From assembly GCA_964490075.1 (NCBI GenBank), contig CAZBBK010000036.1, positions 1 through 56,040 on the forward strand: a DNA stretch of 56,040 nt. Direction: 5' to 3'. This stretch comes from an uncultured Gemmatimonadota bacterium. Its GTDB lineage: Bacteria > GCA-2686955. The position numbers and the translations under genes were made by a program. Under the pieces are notes generated by a model, which was given only the letters and a program-made list of their open reading frames with translations, was not told the DNA's origin and ran no database searches. Below are positions 44,805 through 54,586 of this stretch, piece after piece (the stretch's first letter is position 1; every line of letters begins with the position of its first letter).

Positions 44805-47009
44805 TTACGCGACCAGGTCGAGGCGGCCGGCGGGAAGCGGCACCGGGCGCCGGGCGGCGGGCGGGGCATCGGGGGTGGCGGGTGATGGGGAGGGAGCGAT
44901 CGTGGAGAGCGGACGCGGCGTTTTCGGGGCGTGCTGGGGGCGCTCGTCGTCGCCGCCGCCGACCGAGACCTCGAGCCCTCCGAGGGTGATGCCGCTGCGG
45001 GCCAGGGTCTGCTTCAACGACTCGAGACGGGCCTCGATCGCCTGTCTGGCGGCATCGGTCTCGACGCGGATGAAGGCCCGCACTCCGTGCTCCTCGTCGC
45101 TGCGGAGCTCGATGCGCAGGGTGCCGAGGTCGGCGGGGGCGAGGCGCAGGCGCAGCTCCTGGCCGTTGCGCAGGATGCGCAGGCCGGCCTCGCGGCCGAG
45201 GGCATCGATCAGCTCGTGAACGGGGAGGGGCGCCGCGGGGGAGAGGGGTGCGGCGGGACGGGTTGGAGATGGCGGTTCGGCGGGTGCCGGCGGGGGTGGG
45301 GGCAGGGGGTCGGAGGGCAGGGGCAGCGCCCGATCGGCGGCGGGGGCGGCGGGCTGAGAGTCGGCCGGTTGCGTGCCGCCCGAGGCGGCGCTCGAGGGCT
45401 CCGCGGCGGCGGGCGAGGGGCGGTCGGTCGCCGCGGATGCCTGGCGGGCCGCGGAGGGATCCTCGGCCGCCTGGGAGGGCGCGGCGGCTGGGGGCGGCGA
45501 GCTCGGGGTCGCGGTGGAAGCGAGAGAGGGGAAGGTGCTTCCCGGCGTGAGCGTGGAGGCGCGGTCGCCGCCCAGGCCCGGAAGCGGCCACTGGACGGCG
45601 CTCCCCGGGCGTGGCGCGTCGCCGCTGCCTGCGCCGGGAGAGGAGGCAGAAGGCGCTGCGCGACGGGCGCTCCGGATCAGAGCGCCGATCCGGCGCGGGG
45701 CGGCGGCGGTTTCGGCGCCGGCGAGCGAGGCAGGTGGTGCGGCGTGCCGCGGCGCGGCGGCTCCGAAGCGGGGCGTGGCGCTCGCCGAGTCCCTCGGGGA
45801 AGCGACGATTGCGTCCGGGCGCTCCAGAGGGGGCGGCGGCGCGGGCGCGGGACGGGTGTGCCAGCGCGGGCCTCCGCGGCGTGCGGCGCGCGGCTCGTCG
45901 ATCGAACGCAGGGCGCGCTCGCCGGGACCGGGCGCGGGGCCACGCGGCGCTTCGGGCCGCGAGCGATCATCCGTCTCCGGGGGCGCGGCGGCGCGCATGC
46001 CGCGGTAGAGGCGCATGATGCGGCCGAGCGGCTCCTCGTTCTCGGACTCCGCGGTCTCCGCCGGGCCGGCGGTGGGGGGCGGCTCCGGCGCGGCGGCGTC
46101 GATCGGCAGCAGAGTCGCCGCCGGCTTCGCCCGGTCGCCGGTCTCGTCCTGCTCGGTGCCGGCCGGCCGCGCCTGGTCGGGTGGCCGATCGGCGCCGGGG
46201 GCCGGGGCGACGCTCCGCTCGACGCCATGGTTCGGCTCTTCCATCACGGGTTGCAGATCGGCGTGCGGGAGCGCCGCGCCTGTGTTCCGCGCTGGTGCCG
46301 CGGCGGCAGGCGCCGCGCGCGGAGCCGGAGCTTCTTGCACGGACTCCGACGCATCCGCTGCTGCGCCGCCGCTTGCGACCGCAGCCGATTCGCCGGGAGC
46401 GGTGGCCGCTCGGTGCGCCGTCGGCATCGCGCCGTCCTCGCTCGGCAGCAGGTCGAGCGTCGCGCCGGTGGGAGAGGCTTCCGCCGCCAAGGGCGCGCCA
46501 CCCTCCAGCGGCGCCCCCTTCGGAGGCGCCGCTCCACCCTGCAGCGGCTCTGCGTCCGCCCGCGGTCCTTCGCCGGACGCCGCGGCCTCGGCCTCGCCGG
46601 TCCAATCAAGGGCGCCGGCGCCGGGGCCCGCAGCGTGCCGCGCCGTGTCGTCCGCGGCCTGCTCGCTCGCGGCCGGATCGTCGGAAGCCGGCGCCGCGCC
46701 GTCACGCGGGGCGGCCCTGTTGTCGCCGTCCTGCTCTAAGCGGCTCCTTCGAGCGTCCGGCCCGCCGCCGGATTCGGGCCGCGCGACATCCGATCGGCCG
46801 CCATCGGCCTGGTCTCTTGCGTCGCCTTCGAGCGCTCGATCCAGGCGCCGCTCGAAGCGCGCCTCCGGGCGGTCGTCCTGGCCCCCGACGGCTGGCGCGG
46901 CGCCGATCGCCTCGCCGGCGGCGTCCGCGTCGGCCGGCGCACCCCGGCCCGCGGCCCGGGTCGGGCCGGCGAAGAGCTTCGCAATCAGGGAGATCGCCTC
47001 AGGGGCCAT
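44805..47009 (-). CDS. fliK: Hook-length control protein FliK (long, Ala/Pro-rich)
   Basis: C-terminal LRLAPADLGTLRIEL......AR.AIE..L..LK..L...G; disordered N-terminus; upstream of flgD. Confidence 0.85.
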   Translation of the reverse strand: MAPEAISLIAKLFAGPTRAAGRGAPADADAAGEAIGAAPAVGGQDDRPEARFERRLDRALEGDARDQADGGRSDVARPESGGGPDARRSRLEQDGDNRAAPRDGAAPASDDPAASEQAADDTARHAAGPGAGALDWTGEAEAAASGEGPRADAEPLQGGAAPPKGAPLEGGAPLAAEASPTGATLDLLPSEDGAMPTAHRAATAPGESAAVASGGAAADASESVQEAPAPRAAPAAAAPARNTGAALPHADLQPVMEEPNHGVERSVAPAPGADRPPDQARPAGTEQDETGDRAKPAATLLPIDAAAPEPPPTAGPAETAESENEEPLGRIMRLYRGMRAAAPPETDDRSRPEAPRGPAPGPGERALRSIDEPRAARRGGPRWHTRPAPAPPPPLERPDAIVASPRDSASATPRFGAAAPRHAAPPASLAGAETAAAPRRIGALIRSARRAAPSASSPGAGSGDAPRPGSAVQWPLPGLGGDRASTLTPGSTFPSLASTATPSSPPPAAAPSQAAEDPSAARQASAATDRPSPAAAEPSSAASGGTQPADSQPAAPAADRALPLPSDPLPPPPPAPAEPPSPTRPAAPLSPAAPLPVHELIDALGREAGLRILRNGQELRLRLAPADLGTLRIELRSDEEHGVRAFIRVETDAARQAIEARLESLKQTLARSGITLGGLEVSVGGGDDERPQHAPKTPRPLSTIAPSPSPATPDAPPAARRPVPLPAGRLDLVA

Positions 47010-47610
47010 CTGCCAGCTCCTTCTCGGGCGTCTCTTCGGGCAGAGTCCCCCCGGACAGCAGCGTGGAGAGCTCCGCGGCCCGCGAGGGATCGAGCGCGGC
47101 CATGATCTTGGCGCTCTGGCGTGGCTTGAGCAGCGCCAGCACCTCGGTCGCCAGCTGCGTGTCGAGGCCCTTCAGCACCCGTGCCGCGTCGGCCGGCTTC
47201 ATCGAGTCATAGAGCTTGGCCAGCTTGCTCACCTCGGACCTGCGCCGCGCCGAGAGGGTGTCGCTCAGGGCGGCCATCAAGTTGTGCACCATGGTGCGCT
47301 CGGCCGCTCGGGTCTCGGCATCCATGGCCACCCGCGCCTCGACACGCATCAGCTCGCGCTTCTCTTCGCGCAGCAGGTCGCGCTGATTCAGCAGCGATTC
47401 CCATTGAATCAGCAGCTCCGACGACTGCAGCGTTTGATCGCGCAGCGCCGCCACGATCTCGGCATCGGATTCGCGCAAACCCAGCGCCACCAGCGCTTCG
47501 TCGACGGTGATCTTCCCGGTCACGAAGAGCATCGCTTCGAAGACCAGGGTCATCGAGAGCAGCGTCAGGAGCAGCGGAATCGCGCGCGAGCCTTTGGGTC
47601 GATCGGCCAT
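46999..47610 (-). CDS. MotE/YlxF-like flagellar protein (TM, coiled coil, MgtE_N-like domain)
   Basis: KLAKLYDSMKPADAARVL..LD......L..LKPRQSAKIMAALDP..AAEL. Confidence 0.85.
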   Translation of the reverse strand: MADRPKGSRAIPLLLTLLSMTLVFEAMLFVTGKITVDEALVALGLRESDAEIVAALRDQTLQSSELLIQWESLLNQRDLLREEKRELMRVEARVAMDAETRAAERTMVHNLMAALSDTLSARRRSEVSKLAKLYDSMKPADAARVLKGLDTQLATEVLALLKPRQSAKIMAALDPSRAAELSTLLSGGTLPEETPEKELADGP

Positions 47611-47613
47611 GCC

Positions 47614-48048
47614 CTAGTCCTCTCCCCGGCGCGCGGCGATCTCGTCGATCCGCACCATCTCCTGGCGGGTCGATTCCTTGCGGTGACGCTCCTGGTGGAG
47701 CTCGCGCAGCCGCTCCATGCGCGCCGCCTCGACCCGGGCCCGCTGCACCGCCTGGCGCGCCGCGTCGACCGCCCGGGTGCAGCCATCGAGCGCCTGCCCG
47801 GCCTGGGCCAGCGCCCGCGCCGAGTCGTCGAGGTAGTCGTTCAATGCCTGGCGCCCCGCCACGTCGAAGCGCGGCTCCGCCAGCCGCCCGACATCGATCG
47901 CTCGAGCGCGCGCCGCCTCCAGGTCGAGCACCTCGGCGTGCGCCGCGTCGGCGCGGTCGAGCGCATCGACCAGCGCCAGGCGCTTCTCGCGCGTCGCCTG
48001 CTTCAAGACCTGAGTCAACGCCTCGAGGCGGAAGCGGAACCGTCTCAC
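47614..48048 (-). CDS. fliJ: Export chaperone FliJ
   Basis: RRFRFRLEAL...MERLRE...RQEM..IDEIA; GTGA overlap with the fliI stop. Confidence 0.85.
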   Translation of the reverse strand: MRRFRFRLEALTQVLKQATREKRLALVDALDRADAAHAEVLDLEAARARAIDVGRLAEPRFDVAGRQALNDYLDDSARALAQAGQALDGCTRAVDAARQAVQRARVEAARMERLRELHQERHRKESTRQEMVRIDEIAARRGED

Positions 48049-49376
48049 GATGCTCCTCCCGCCGGAATGGCCAGCAGCCGAGCCAGCTCGGCCAGGGTCT
48101 CGTCGAAGGGCGCGCAGCGATGCCGATCCTGGGCCAGGAAGTCCATGATTGAGCCCTGCAGCCGCACCGCCCGGTCGACATCGGCCGAGCCTCCGGCGCG
48201 GTAGGCGCCGATGCGCACCAGGTCTTCGATCTCGGCGTAGGTCGCCAGGGTGCGGCGCAGCTCGGCGTCGAGCTTCAGATGTGCGTCGCCGCAGATATCG
48301 CCCATTACCCGGCTCTTGCTGCCCAGTAGATCGATCGCCGGGTAGTGGTGGCGATGGGCCAGGGTGCGGGAGAGCACGATGTGGCCGTCCAGCACCGAGC
48401 GCATGTGGTCGGCCACCGGCTCGTCGAGGTCGTCGCCTTCGACCAGCACGGTGTAGATGCCGGTGATGCTGCCGCTTGGGCTGGTGCCGGCGCGCTCCAG
48501 GATCTTCGGCAGCAGAGCGAAGACCGAGGGGGTGTAGCCGCGGGTGGTGGGCGGCTCGCCGGCCGCCAGACCGATCTCGCGCTGCGCGTAGGCGACCCGG
48601 GTGATCGAATCGACCAGCAGCATCACGTCGCGGCCCTGGTCGCGGAACTGCTCGGCGATGCGGCAAGCGGTCGCGACGGCGTGCACCTTGCGCACCGCCG
48701 GCTCGTCGGAGGTGGTCACCACCACCACCGAGCGGCGCAGCCCCTCCTCGCCCAGCGCGTCGTCGATGAACTCCTTCACCTCTCGGGCCCGCTCGCCGAC
48801 CAGGGCGATCACGCAGCGCTCGGCACCGGTGCCCCGCGCCAGCATCCCCAGCACCGTCGACTTGCCGACTCCGCTGCCGGCGAACACCCCGACCCGCTGC
48901 CCCTTGCCCAGGGTGATGGCGGCGTCGACGGCGCGAATCCCGGAGACCAGGACCTCGCCGATGCGCGGCCGGGCCAGGGCCGAGCGCGGTGCGCTGTCGA
49001 CCGCGACGGTGCGCACTCCGCGCAGCGCCCCGCCGCCGTCGATCGGCCTTCCCAGGGCGTCGACCACCCGTCCCAGCAGACCCTCTCCCACCGGCGCGCC
49101 GAGCGGCCGGCCGGTCGGCTCAATGCCGCATCCCGGCGCCAGTCCGCCGAGCTCGTCGAAAGGCGTGAGGACCAGGTGATCGCCCCGGAAGCCGACCACC
49201 ACCGCGTCGCCGAGGCGCTCCCCGTCGGCGGCCAGCACGTGACAGAGCTCCCCCACGACCGCGGCCGCGCCGCGCGCCCGCAGGATCGAGCCAGAGAGCT
49301 CCTCCACCCGGCCGATTCCGCGAATCGTCGCGGCGGAGCGGATCGCGTCCAGGACGTGCGCGGCGTTGGCGATCAC
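48045..49376 (-). CDS. fliI: Flagellar export ATPase FliI
   Basis: FAGSGVGKST, LVGERAREV, AGEPPTTRGYTPSVF, LDGHIVLSR. Confidence 0.96.
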   Translation of the reverse strand: MIANAAHVLDAIRSAATIRGIGRVEELSGSILRARGAAAVVGELCHVLAADGERLGDAVVVGFRGDHLVLTPFDELGGLAPGCGIEPTGRPLGAPVGEGLLGRVVDALGRPIDGGGALRGVRTVAVDSAPRSALARPRIGEVLVSGIRAVDAAITLGKGQRVGVFAGSGVGKSTVLGMLARGTGAERCVIALVGERAREVKEFIDDALGEEGLRRSVVVVTTSDEPAVRKVHAVATACRIAEQFRDQGRDVMLLVDSITRVAYAQREIGLAAGEPPTTRGYTPSVFALLPKILERAGTSPSGSITGIYTVLVEGDDLDEPVADHMRSVLDGHIVLSRTLAHRHHYPAIDLLGSKSRVMGDICGDAHLKLDAELRRTLATYAEIEDLVRIGAYRAGGSADVDRAVRLQGSIMDFLAQDRHRCAPFDETLAELARLLAIPAGGAS

Positions 49377-50140
49377 GACGCGCCTCCCGGGTCATCGGCG
49401 ATCTGCTCGGAACCCACCGCCGCGGCCTTGGGCGCGGCCTCGTCGGTCTCCGAGTCGTCTTGCAGCGCCAGGGCGAGGGCTTCGCCGAGGCGGTCGAGCT
49501 GGCGGCCGATTCGGGCGTCGAGGGTGGTCCCTCCATCCTCGACCATGCATCCGCCGCGCTCGATCTCGGCGTCCTCGACGAAGCACAGCGCCCTTGCGCC
49601 GACCCTCGTCACCCCCTCCGCCCGCAGATGGGCGGCATCGCGCGGATTGAGGCGCACCGTGATCTCGGATGCGCCGGGCTCCACCTCGTCGAGGCACTCG
49701 GCGAGGGTGCGCCCGACGACCTCCGAATCGCGCTCCACCACCCAGCGCACCACGCGGCTCGCCAGCTCCAGCGCGATCTCTCCCAGCCGCCCCGAGAGTT
49801 CGGCGATCTGGGCGCGGATCGCCTCCTCGTGGCGCCGCGCCAGCTCCTCGGTGAGGGCCCGGGTCTGCTCCGCGGCGGCCTGGTCGCGCCGCGCCTCCTT
49901 CTCCATCTTGCGCCGATTCCGCTCGCGCTCCTTGTCGGCGGCCGCGCGCAGCGCTTCGCGTTCCTCCTCGCGCGCCCGGGTCTCGGCCCGCTCCACCCGC
50001 TCGACACATTCCGCCTCCCAGGCGGCGCGCAGCTCTTCCAGGGTCGGGTCCGCCCTCTCGGCACGCTGTTCGCGCTGCACCGGCAGGCAGACCCGTCCAC
50101 TCTTGAAGACCGGGCTCGTCCCAGGACGCCTAGTAGACAA
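49373..50140 (-). CDS. fliH: FliH (start uncertain; TTG 50140 proposed)
   Basis: Coiled coil, VRLNPRD, D..IERGGCMVE.....LDARI; lies between fliG and fliI. Confidence 0.85.
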   Translation of the reverse strand: MSTRRPGTSPVFKSGRVCLPVQREQRAERADPTLEELRAAWEAECVERVERAETRAREEEREALRAAADKERERNRRKMEKEARRDQAAAEQTRALTEELARRHEEAIRAQIAELSGRLGEIALELASRVVRWVVERDSEVVGRTLAECLDEVEPGASEITVRLNPRDAAHLRAEGVTRVGARALCFVEDAEIERGGCMVEDGGTTLDARIGRQLDRLGEALALALQDDSETDEAAPKAAAVGSEQIADDPGGAS

Positions 50141-51161
50141 ACTCTTCTCCCCCGCCACCGCGCGCGGCCCCCGCGATCTCGCCATCTTCCTCCAGCTTGC
50201 GCACCACCGCGACGATCTTCTGCTGCGATTCCTCCACGTTCTTCAGCTTCACCGGTCCCATCACCTCGAGCTCGTCGGCCAGGGTCTCGGCGGCGCGGCT
50301 CGACATGTTCTTGAAGATGTGCTCGCGCAGCTCCGGCGAGGCCGCCTTCAGCGCCAGCGTCAGGTCGGCGGTCTCCACGTCCTTCATCACCCGTTGGATC
50401 GCCCGGTTGTCGAGCAGCATCAGGTCCTCGAAGACGAACATGCTGTTGCGGATCTCGCCGGCGATCTGGCCGTCCTCCTCGTCGATCCCTTCCAGAATCC
50501 GCTTCTCGGTGGTGCGGTCGGATTCCAACAGGATGTTGACGATCGCCTGCACCCCGCCGAGGCGCGACGAGTCGCGGGTCGACAGGTTTTCGGTGGTGGC
50601 CTCCAGAATCCGCTCCACCTCGCGCACCATGCCGGGGCTGACCGCCTCCATGGTGGAGATCCGGTAGCCGACGTCGGCCTGGATCTCTTCGCTCAGGCGG
50701 CTCAGGATGTCGGCCGACTGGCGCGCGTCGAGGTGCGAGAGCACCAGGGCGATGGTCTGCGGATGCTCGTTCTGGATGAAGTTGGCGAGCTGCGCCGGAT
50801 CGACCTTGCGCAGCAGCTGAAAGTCGCGCCGCTCCAAAGCGCCCTGCACGCGGCGCAGCAGCTCCTGCGCTTTGCCGCCGCCCATCGCGGTCTTCAAGAG
50901 ATCGCGGGCGTAGCTCATGCCGCCCAGGGAGATGTACTCCTGCGCCAGGGCCAGCTCGTAGAACTCCTCCAGCACGGACGCCCGCACCTGCTTGGGAATC
51001 ACCTTCAGGTCGGCGATCTCCAGGGCCAGCCGCTCCACCTCGTCGTCCGAAAGGTGGGAGAAGATATTGCTCGCCACCTCCGGGCCCAGCGCCACCATCA
51101 GCACTCCGGCCTTCTGGCGCCCGACGAGATTCTCGTAGACCAGCTGCGGTGCGTCGCCCAC
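50130..51161 (-). CDS. fliG: Rotor protein FliG
   Basis: EHPQTIALVL, MFVFEDL, NMSSRAA, MGPVKL..VEESQ. Confidence 0.96.
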   Translation of the reverse strand: MGDAPQLVYENLVGRQKAGVLMVALGPEVASNIFSHLSDDEVERLALEIADLKVIPKQVRASVLEEFYELALAQEYISLGGMSYARDLLKTAMGGGKAQELLRRVQGALERRDFQLLRKVDPAQLANFIQNEHPQTIALVLSHLDARQSADILSRLSEEIQADVGYRISTMEAVSPGMVREVERILEATTENLSTRDSSRLGGVQAIVNILLESDRTTEKRILEGIDEEDGQIAGEIRNSMFVFEDLMLLDNRAIQRVMKDVETADLTLALKAASPELREHIFKNMSSRAAETLADELEVMGPVKLKNVEESQQKIVAVVRKLEEDGEIAGAARGGGGEEFVY

Positions 51162-51164
51162 GAC

Positions 51165-52694
51165 CTATCTCCGTTCTTTCACGGCCGACTCCGCCAGCCA
51201 AGTGCGCACCAGCTGCGCCACGTTCTCGGGGCTGTCGACCGCCAGGCCGGTAACCTCTTCGTGAATCTGGCGCCGCCGCTCCTCCTCGAGCGGGATCGCC
51301 GCCGGCTCCAGCCCGCCGCCCTCGGCATCCTGGTCGATCTCGCGCGAGCGGAAGGCCGAGTCGACGCTCGGGATCAGCCGCAGCAGGCGCTTGATCGGCC
51401 GGTAGGCGGCGACAATGCCGGCCAGCAGGATCAGCCGCAGGGCGATGGTGTAGATCATGTCGTTGCGCTCGGCCCGATCGAGCGCGGCGCGCTGCTCGCG
51501 CTCCATGCTGCGGTCGAACTGCTGGTCGGCGACCGTGACCGTGTCGCCGCGCTTCTCGTCGACGCCCAGCGCCGAGCGCACCATGGTCTCGATCCGCTTC
51601 AGCTCCTCGGTGCTGCGCGGCACGTACTGCGGCCCCTCGTCGGAGTCGATGTAGTTCCCCTCGACGAAGACCGCCGCCGAGAGCCGCTCGATCGACCCCG
51701 GCGCGGAGACCACCCGCTCGACCCGCGAGTTCAGCTCGTAGTTGGTGATCGAGCTCTCCGACGCCCCCCCGGCCTGGGGCTCGGTCTGCTCCTTGCGCTC
51801 CTCGGAGCGGATCGATGAGCGATCGGGGTCGTAGGTCGTCACCTCGCGATCGACCGCGTCGAAGTCGAGCGTTGCGTGCACCGCCACCGTGGCGTGGCGT
51901 TGGCCGAGGGCCGATTCCAGCAGTCGCAGGGTCTTGTCGGAGAGGTAGGTCTCGACGTCGCGCTGCAGCTTCAGACGCCGGTCGGAGAGCAGCGCCTCGG
52001 AGTCGGTGCGCCCGCCGCGGGCCAGCAGGCGCCCCAGGGAGTCGGTCACCGTCACCTGCTCAGAGGAGAGCCCCGAGACCGCCGCCGCCACCACCCGCCG
52101 GATCGCGTCGACCCGTTCCCCGGCCAGCCGCACCCCCGGCACCAGGGTCAGCATGACGGCCGAGGTGGTGGGGACCTTGTCCTCTTCGAAGAGGACATCG
52201 GGCGCGATCGCCAGGTGCACCCGCGCGTCCTTGACCTCGAGCATGCCGACCAGCGTGGTCTCGATCTCTTCCTCCTGGGCGCGCAGCAGCTTGGCGTCGA
52301 TCACCACCTGGGTCTCGCCGAGCCCCGATTTCTCCAGCAGGGCGAGGCCGGAGCGGCGGTTGCGCGGCAGTCCGTCCTTGGCCAGCGCCAGGCGCGCCTC
52401 GATCACGCGCGGCGCCGGCACCAGCACCGCCGACCCGGTCTCGCCGAGTCGATAGGGGATCTGCAGCGAGGACAGGCGCTCGGTGACCAGGCCGGCATCT
52501 TCGAGCGTGAGGTTGCTGTAGACCGGCCGGTAGTCGGCGCCGCTGGAGTCCGAGAAGCCGCTCGCCAGGGCGAAGACCACCAGCGCCGTGAGGCCGACGA
52601 CGAGCGCCGTGCGGACCCCCGCCGGGAGCGCTCGCAAGCGCGGTAGGGCGGTTTCGTTGAACCACTTGGAGACGTTTTGGACGGCTTCGGGCAC
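51165..52694 (-). CDS. fliF: MS-ring protein FliF
   Basis: Two TMs; ARL.LA..GLP, ARVHLAI, VAAAVSGL...QVTV.D..G, NYEL, G.IERLSAAV. Confidence 0.93.
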   Translation of the reverse strand: MPEAVQNVSKWFNETALPRLRALPAGVRTALVVGLTALVVFALASGFSDSSGADYRPVYSNLTLEDAGLVTERLSSLQIPYRLGETGSAVLVPAPRVIEARLALAKDGLPRNRRSGLALLEKSGLGETQVVIDAKLLRAQEEEIETTLVGMLEVKDARVHLAIAPDVLFEEDKVPTTSAVMLTLVPGVRLAGERVDAIRRVVAAAVSGLSSEQVTVTDSLGRLLARGGRTDSEALLSDRRLKLQRDVETYLSDKTLRLLESALGQRHATVAVHATLDFDAVDREVTTYDPDRSSIRSEERKEQTEPQAGGASESSITNYELNSRVERVVSAPGSIERLSAAVFVEGNYIDSDEGPQYVPRSTEELKRIETMVRSALGVDEKRGDTVTVADQQFDRSMEREQRAALDRAERNDMIYTIALRLILLAGIVAAYRPIKRLLRLIPSVDSAFRSREIDQDAEGGGLEPAAIPLEEERRRQIHEEVTGLAVDSPENVAQLVRTWLAESAVKERR

Positions 52695-52722
52695 CGGTGG
52701 CTACCTCGCGGAAAGGGGACGG

Positions 52723-53094
52723 CTAGATGGGCATCCTCATCACTTCCTGGTAGGCCTCTACCAGGCGGTTTCTGATCTCGATCATCAGCGAGAGCGAAAG
52801 CTGGGCCTCTTCCAGGGCCACGGTCACCTGGTGGACGTCGGTCACCTCGCCGGTGGCCAGACCGGTGAGCTGGGCGTCGGCCTGCTTCTGCGCGGCGTCG
52901 ACCTCGCCGACCAGGCGCCGCACGGTTTCGGCGAAGCCGGATGCGGCGTTGGGCGTGGGCCGGGAGTGATGCGGGCGCGCCGGCAAGGGCGGCGGGGGGG
53001 TGCCGCCACGCAGCCGGTTGGGACCGACGTCGAGGGGACGGGTGCGGCCGCCGATCTCGGGGCGCAGCGGCAGCGCGTCGGCTCCGGGGCTCAT
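52723..53094 (-). CDS. fliE: FliE
   Basis: DVHQV.VA.EEA.LSL....EIRNRLVEAYQEVMRMPI. Confidence 0.93.
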   Translation of the reverse strand: MSPGADALPLRPEIGGRTRPLDVGPNRLRGGTPPPPLPARPHHSRPTPNAASGFAETVRRLVGEVDAAQKQADAQLTGLATGEVTDVHQVTVALEEAQLSLSLMIEIRNRLVEAYQEVMRMPI

Positions 53095-53357
53095 GCCTTC
53101 AGATCCACGTTGCGGCCCTTGGCCAGCTCGGCCACCGACGCCGGCAGGCTCTCACCGTCGGCGCTGCTGAGCAGGCGATCGATGAAGGCGCGCTCGGCGT
53201 CGTTCACCTGGGGACGCGGCTCGGCGGCGGCCGGAGACGCGGGGGTCGAGCTCGCCCGCACCTTGGGCGGCGGCGCGGGCGGGGCGGCGGGCGGCCGGCG
53301 GGTCGCATCGATCTGCCGCTGGTAACGCGCCAGCAGCTGGGTCGCGTCGAGTCTCAT
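53091..53357 (-). CDS. Hypothetical 88-aa protein between flgC and fliE
   Basis: Stop overlaps the fliE ATG; GGAG RBS; ends AKGRNVDLKA. Confidence 0.65.
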   Translation of the reverse strand: MRLDATQLLARYQRQIDATRRPPAAPPAPPPKVRASSTPASPAAAEPRPQVNDAERAFIDRLLSSADGESLPASVAELAKGRNVDLKA

Positions 53358-53388
53358 GGTCGGCTCCAGCTCGATGGGTGCGCCGGGC

Positions 53389-53892
53389 TCATATGTCGAG
53401 GGCCCTGAGCGCCATCTGCTTGGCGGTCTCGAGCGCGGTGGCGTTCGCTTCGTAGGCGCGCGAAGCGGCCATCAGGTCGCTCATCTCGGTGACGATGTTG
53501 ATCGCCGGGTAGCGCACGTAGCCGCGCTCGTCGGCGTCGGGATGGCTCGGATCGTGGATCAGCGGTCCGAGCGCGTCGGAGTCGAACACGTCGACCGTGA
53601 CCGAGACCTCGCTCGAGGGGTCGGAGATCTGCTCGGGCAGCACGCCCATCGGCAGGTGGCCGCGGTCGGTGGCCGCGAGCAGGCCCTCCCGGCCGCGAGT
53701 GCGCTCGGCCAGGGTCACGGCGAAGTCGGTGCCCTGGAAGGATGTCTGCTTGCGGCGGTAGGGTCCGCCCTGGTCGGTGCGGGTGGTCTGCGCGTTGGCG
53801 ATGTTCTGCGACACCACGTTCATCTTGACGCGCTGGGCCGCGAGGCCGGCGGCGCTGATGCGCAGGCTGCCGTGGATTCCCGGTTCGGGCAT
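53389..53892 (-). CDS. flgC: Rod protein FlgC
   Basis: ISAAGL.AQR..MNVVSQNIANA.TT, GPYRRK, DPSHPDAD..GYV, ASRAYEAN. Confidence 0.95.
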   Translation of the reverse strand: MPEPGIHGSLRISAAGLAAQRVKMNVVSQNIANAQTTRTDQGGPYRRKQTSFQGTDFAVTLAERTRGREGLLAATDRGHLPMGVLPEQISDPSSEVSVTVDVFDSDALGPLIHDPSHPDADERGYVRYPAINIVTEMSDLMAASRAYEANATALETAKQMALRALDI

Positions 53893-53908
53893 CGATCGAC
53901 TCCCTCTC

Positions 53909-54334
53909 TCAGCTTCCGGCGCGGCCGGTGATCGAGCTGCGCAGCATCCCGATCTTGCGCTTCATGTAACGGGTCATGGTCTGGTAGCGGATGTTGGTGT
54001 CGGCCAGCTCGGCCATTTCGCGGTCGACGTCGACGTTGTTGACGCCGGAGGCGAGGGCTCGGTCGTCGGCGCGGCGGATGTGCGGGTGCAGGTCGTCGAT
54101 CGTGGAGCGGCCGAGGGGCAGGTGCTGGCTCTCCGAGGTGGCGCCGCGCAGGTGTCCGGTGTGGTTCAGGGCGTCGCGCAGCTCCTGCTCGAAGGGCACC
54201 TCCATCCGCCGGTAGCCGGGGGTCGCGACGTTGGCCATGTTGCTGGCGATCGCCCGCTGCCGGGTGGCATAGGCGTCCATGGACGTCGTGACGACCGGGA
54301 AGACCTTGTCGGAGAAGAGAATGCGTCGGAGCAT
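53909..54334 (-). CDS. flgB: Rod protein FlgB
   Basis: RQRAIASNMANVATPGY, NNVDVDREM. Confidence 0.94.
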   Translation of the reverse strand: MLRRILFSDKVFPVVTTSMDAYATRQRAIASNMANVATPGYRRMEVPFEQELRDALNHTGHLRGATSESQHLPLGRSTIDDLHPHIRRADDRALASGVNNVDVDREMAELADTNIRYQTMTRYMKRKIGMLRSSITGRAGS

Positions 54335-54367
54335 GGCGCACCTTTCGCGGGGTTTGCGCCGGGCGAT

Positions 54368-54383
54368 TGCAACCGTCGTGCCA
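54368..54383 (-). promoter_or_regulatory. Sigma-54 promoter for the flgB operon
   Basis: Minus strand TGGCACG-acgg-TTGCA, a perfect consensus match, 34 bp upstream of flgB. Confidence 0.88.
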
Positions 54384-54459
54384 GGATCTCGGGGAATGGG
54401 GAAGTCGTTGTGGCAGCGGCCGTGGCGGGACTCGTGGCGGCTGCGTATGGTGGATTGAT

Positions 54460-54496
54460 CGGCAGGATCTGCCGCGGCACGATGCAAACTTTTCCG
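54460..54496. promoter_or_regulatory. Paired enhancer (UAS) sites upstream of the flgB sigma-54 promoter
   Basis: CGGCAGGATCTGCCG (54460) and ATGCAAACTTTTCCG (54482), 22 bp apart. Confidence 0.7.
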
Positions 54497-54586
54497 GATT
54501 TCGGGGAAGGCGGTGCCCCGATCGCCCGCGAGTTTCTACCCTTGAGGGGCCCGCATCCGATCCGCCGCTCGACCCAGGAGGTCTCG

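Noticed and set aside
43552-45591. ORF-track 1589-aa FlgE
   Set aside because: The extension overlaps fliK, flgD and the TIGR02530 gene out of frame. The FlgE N-terminal motif and RBS are at 43551.
44900-46950. Very GC-rich low-complexity stretch resembling a repeat or non-coding island
   Set aside because: Explained by the disordered Ala/Pro-rich N-terminus of FliK; no exact repeats seen.
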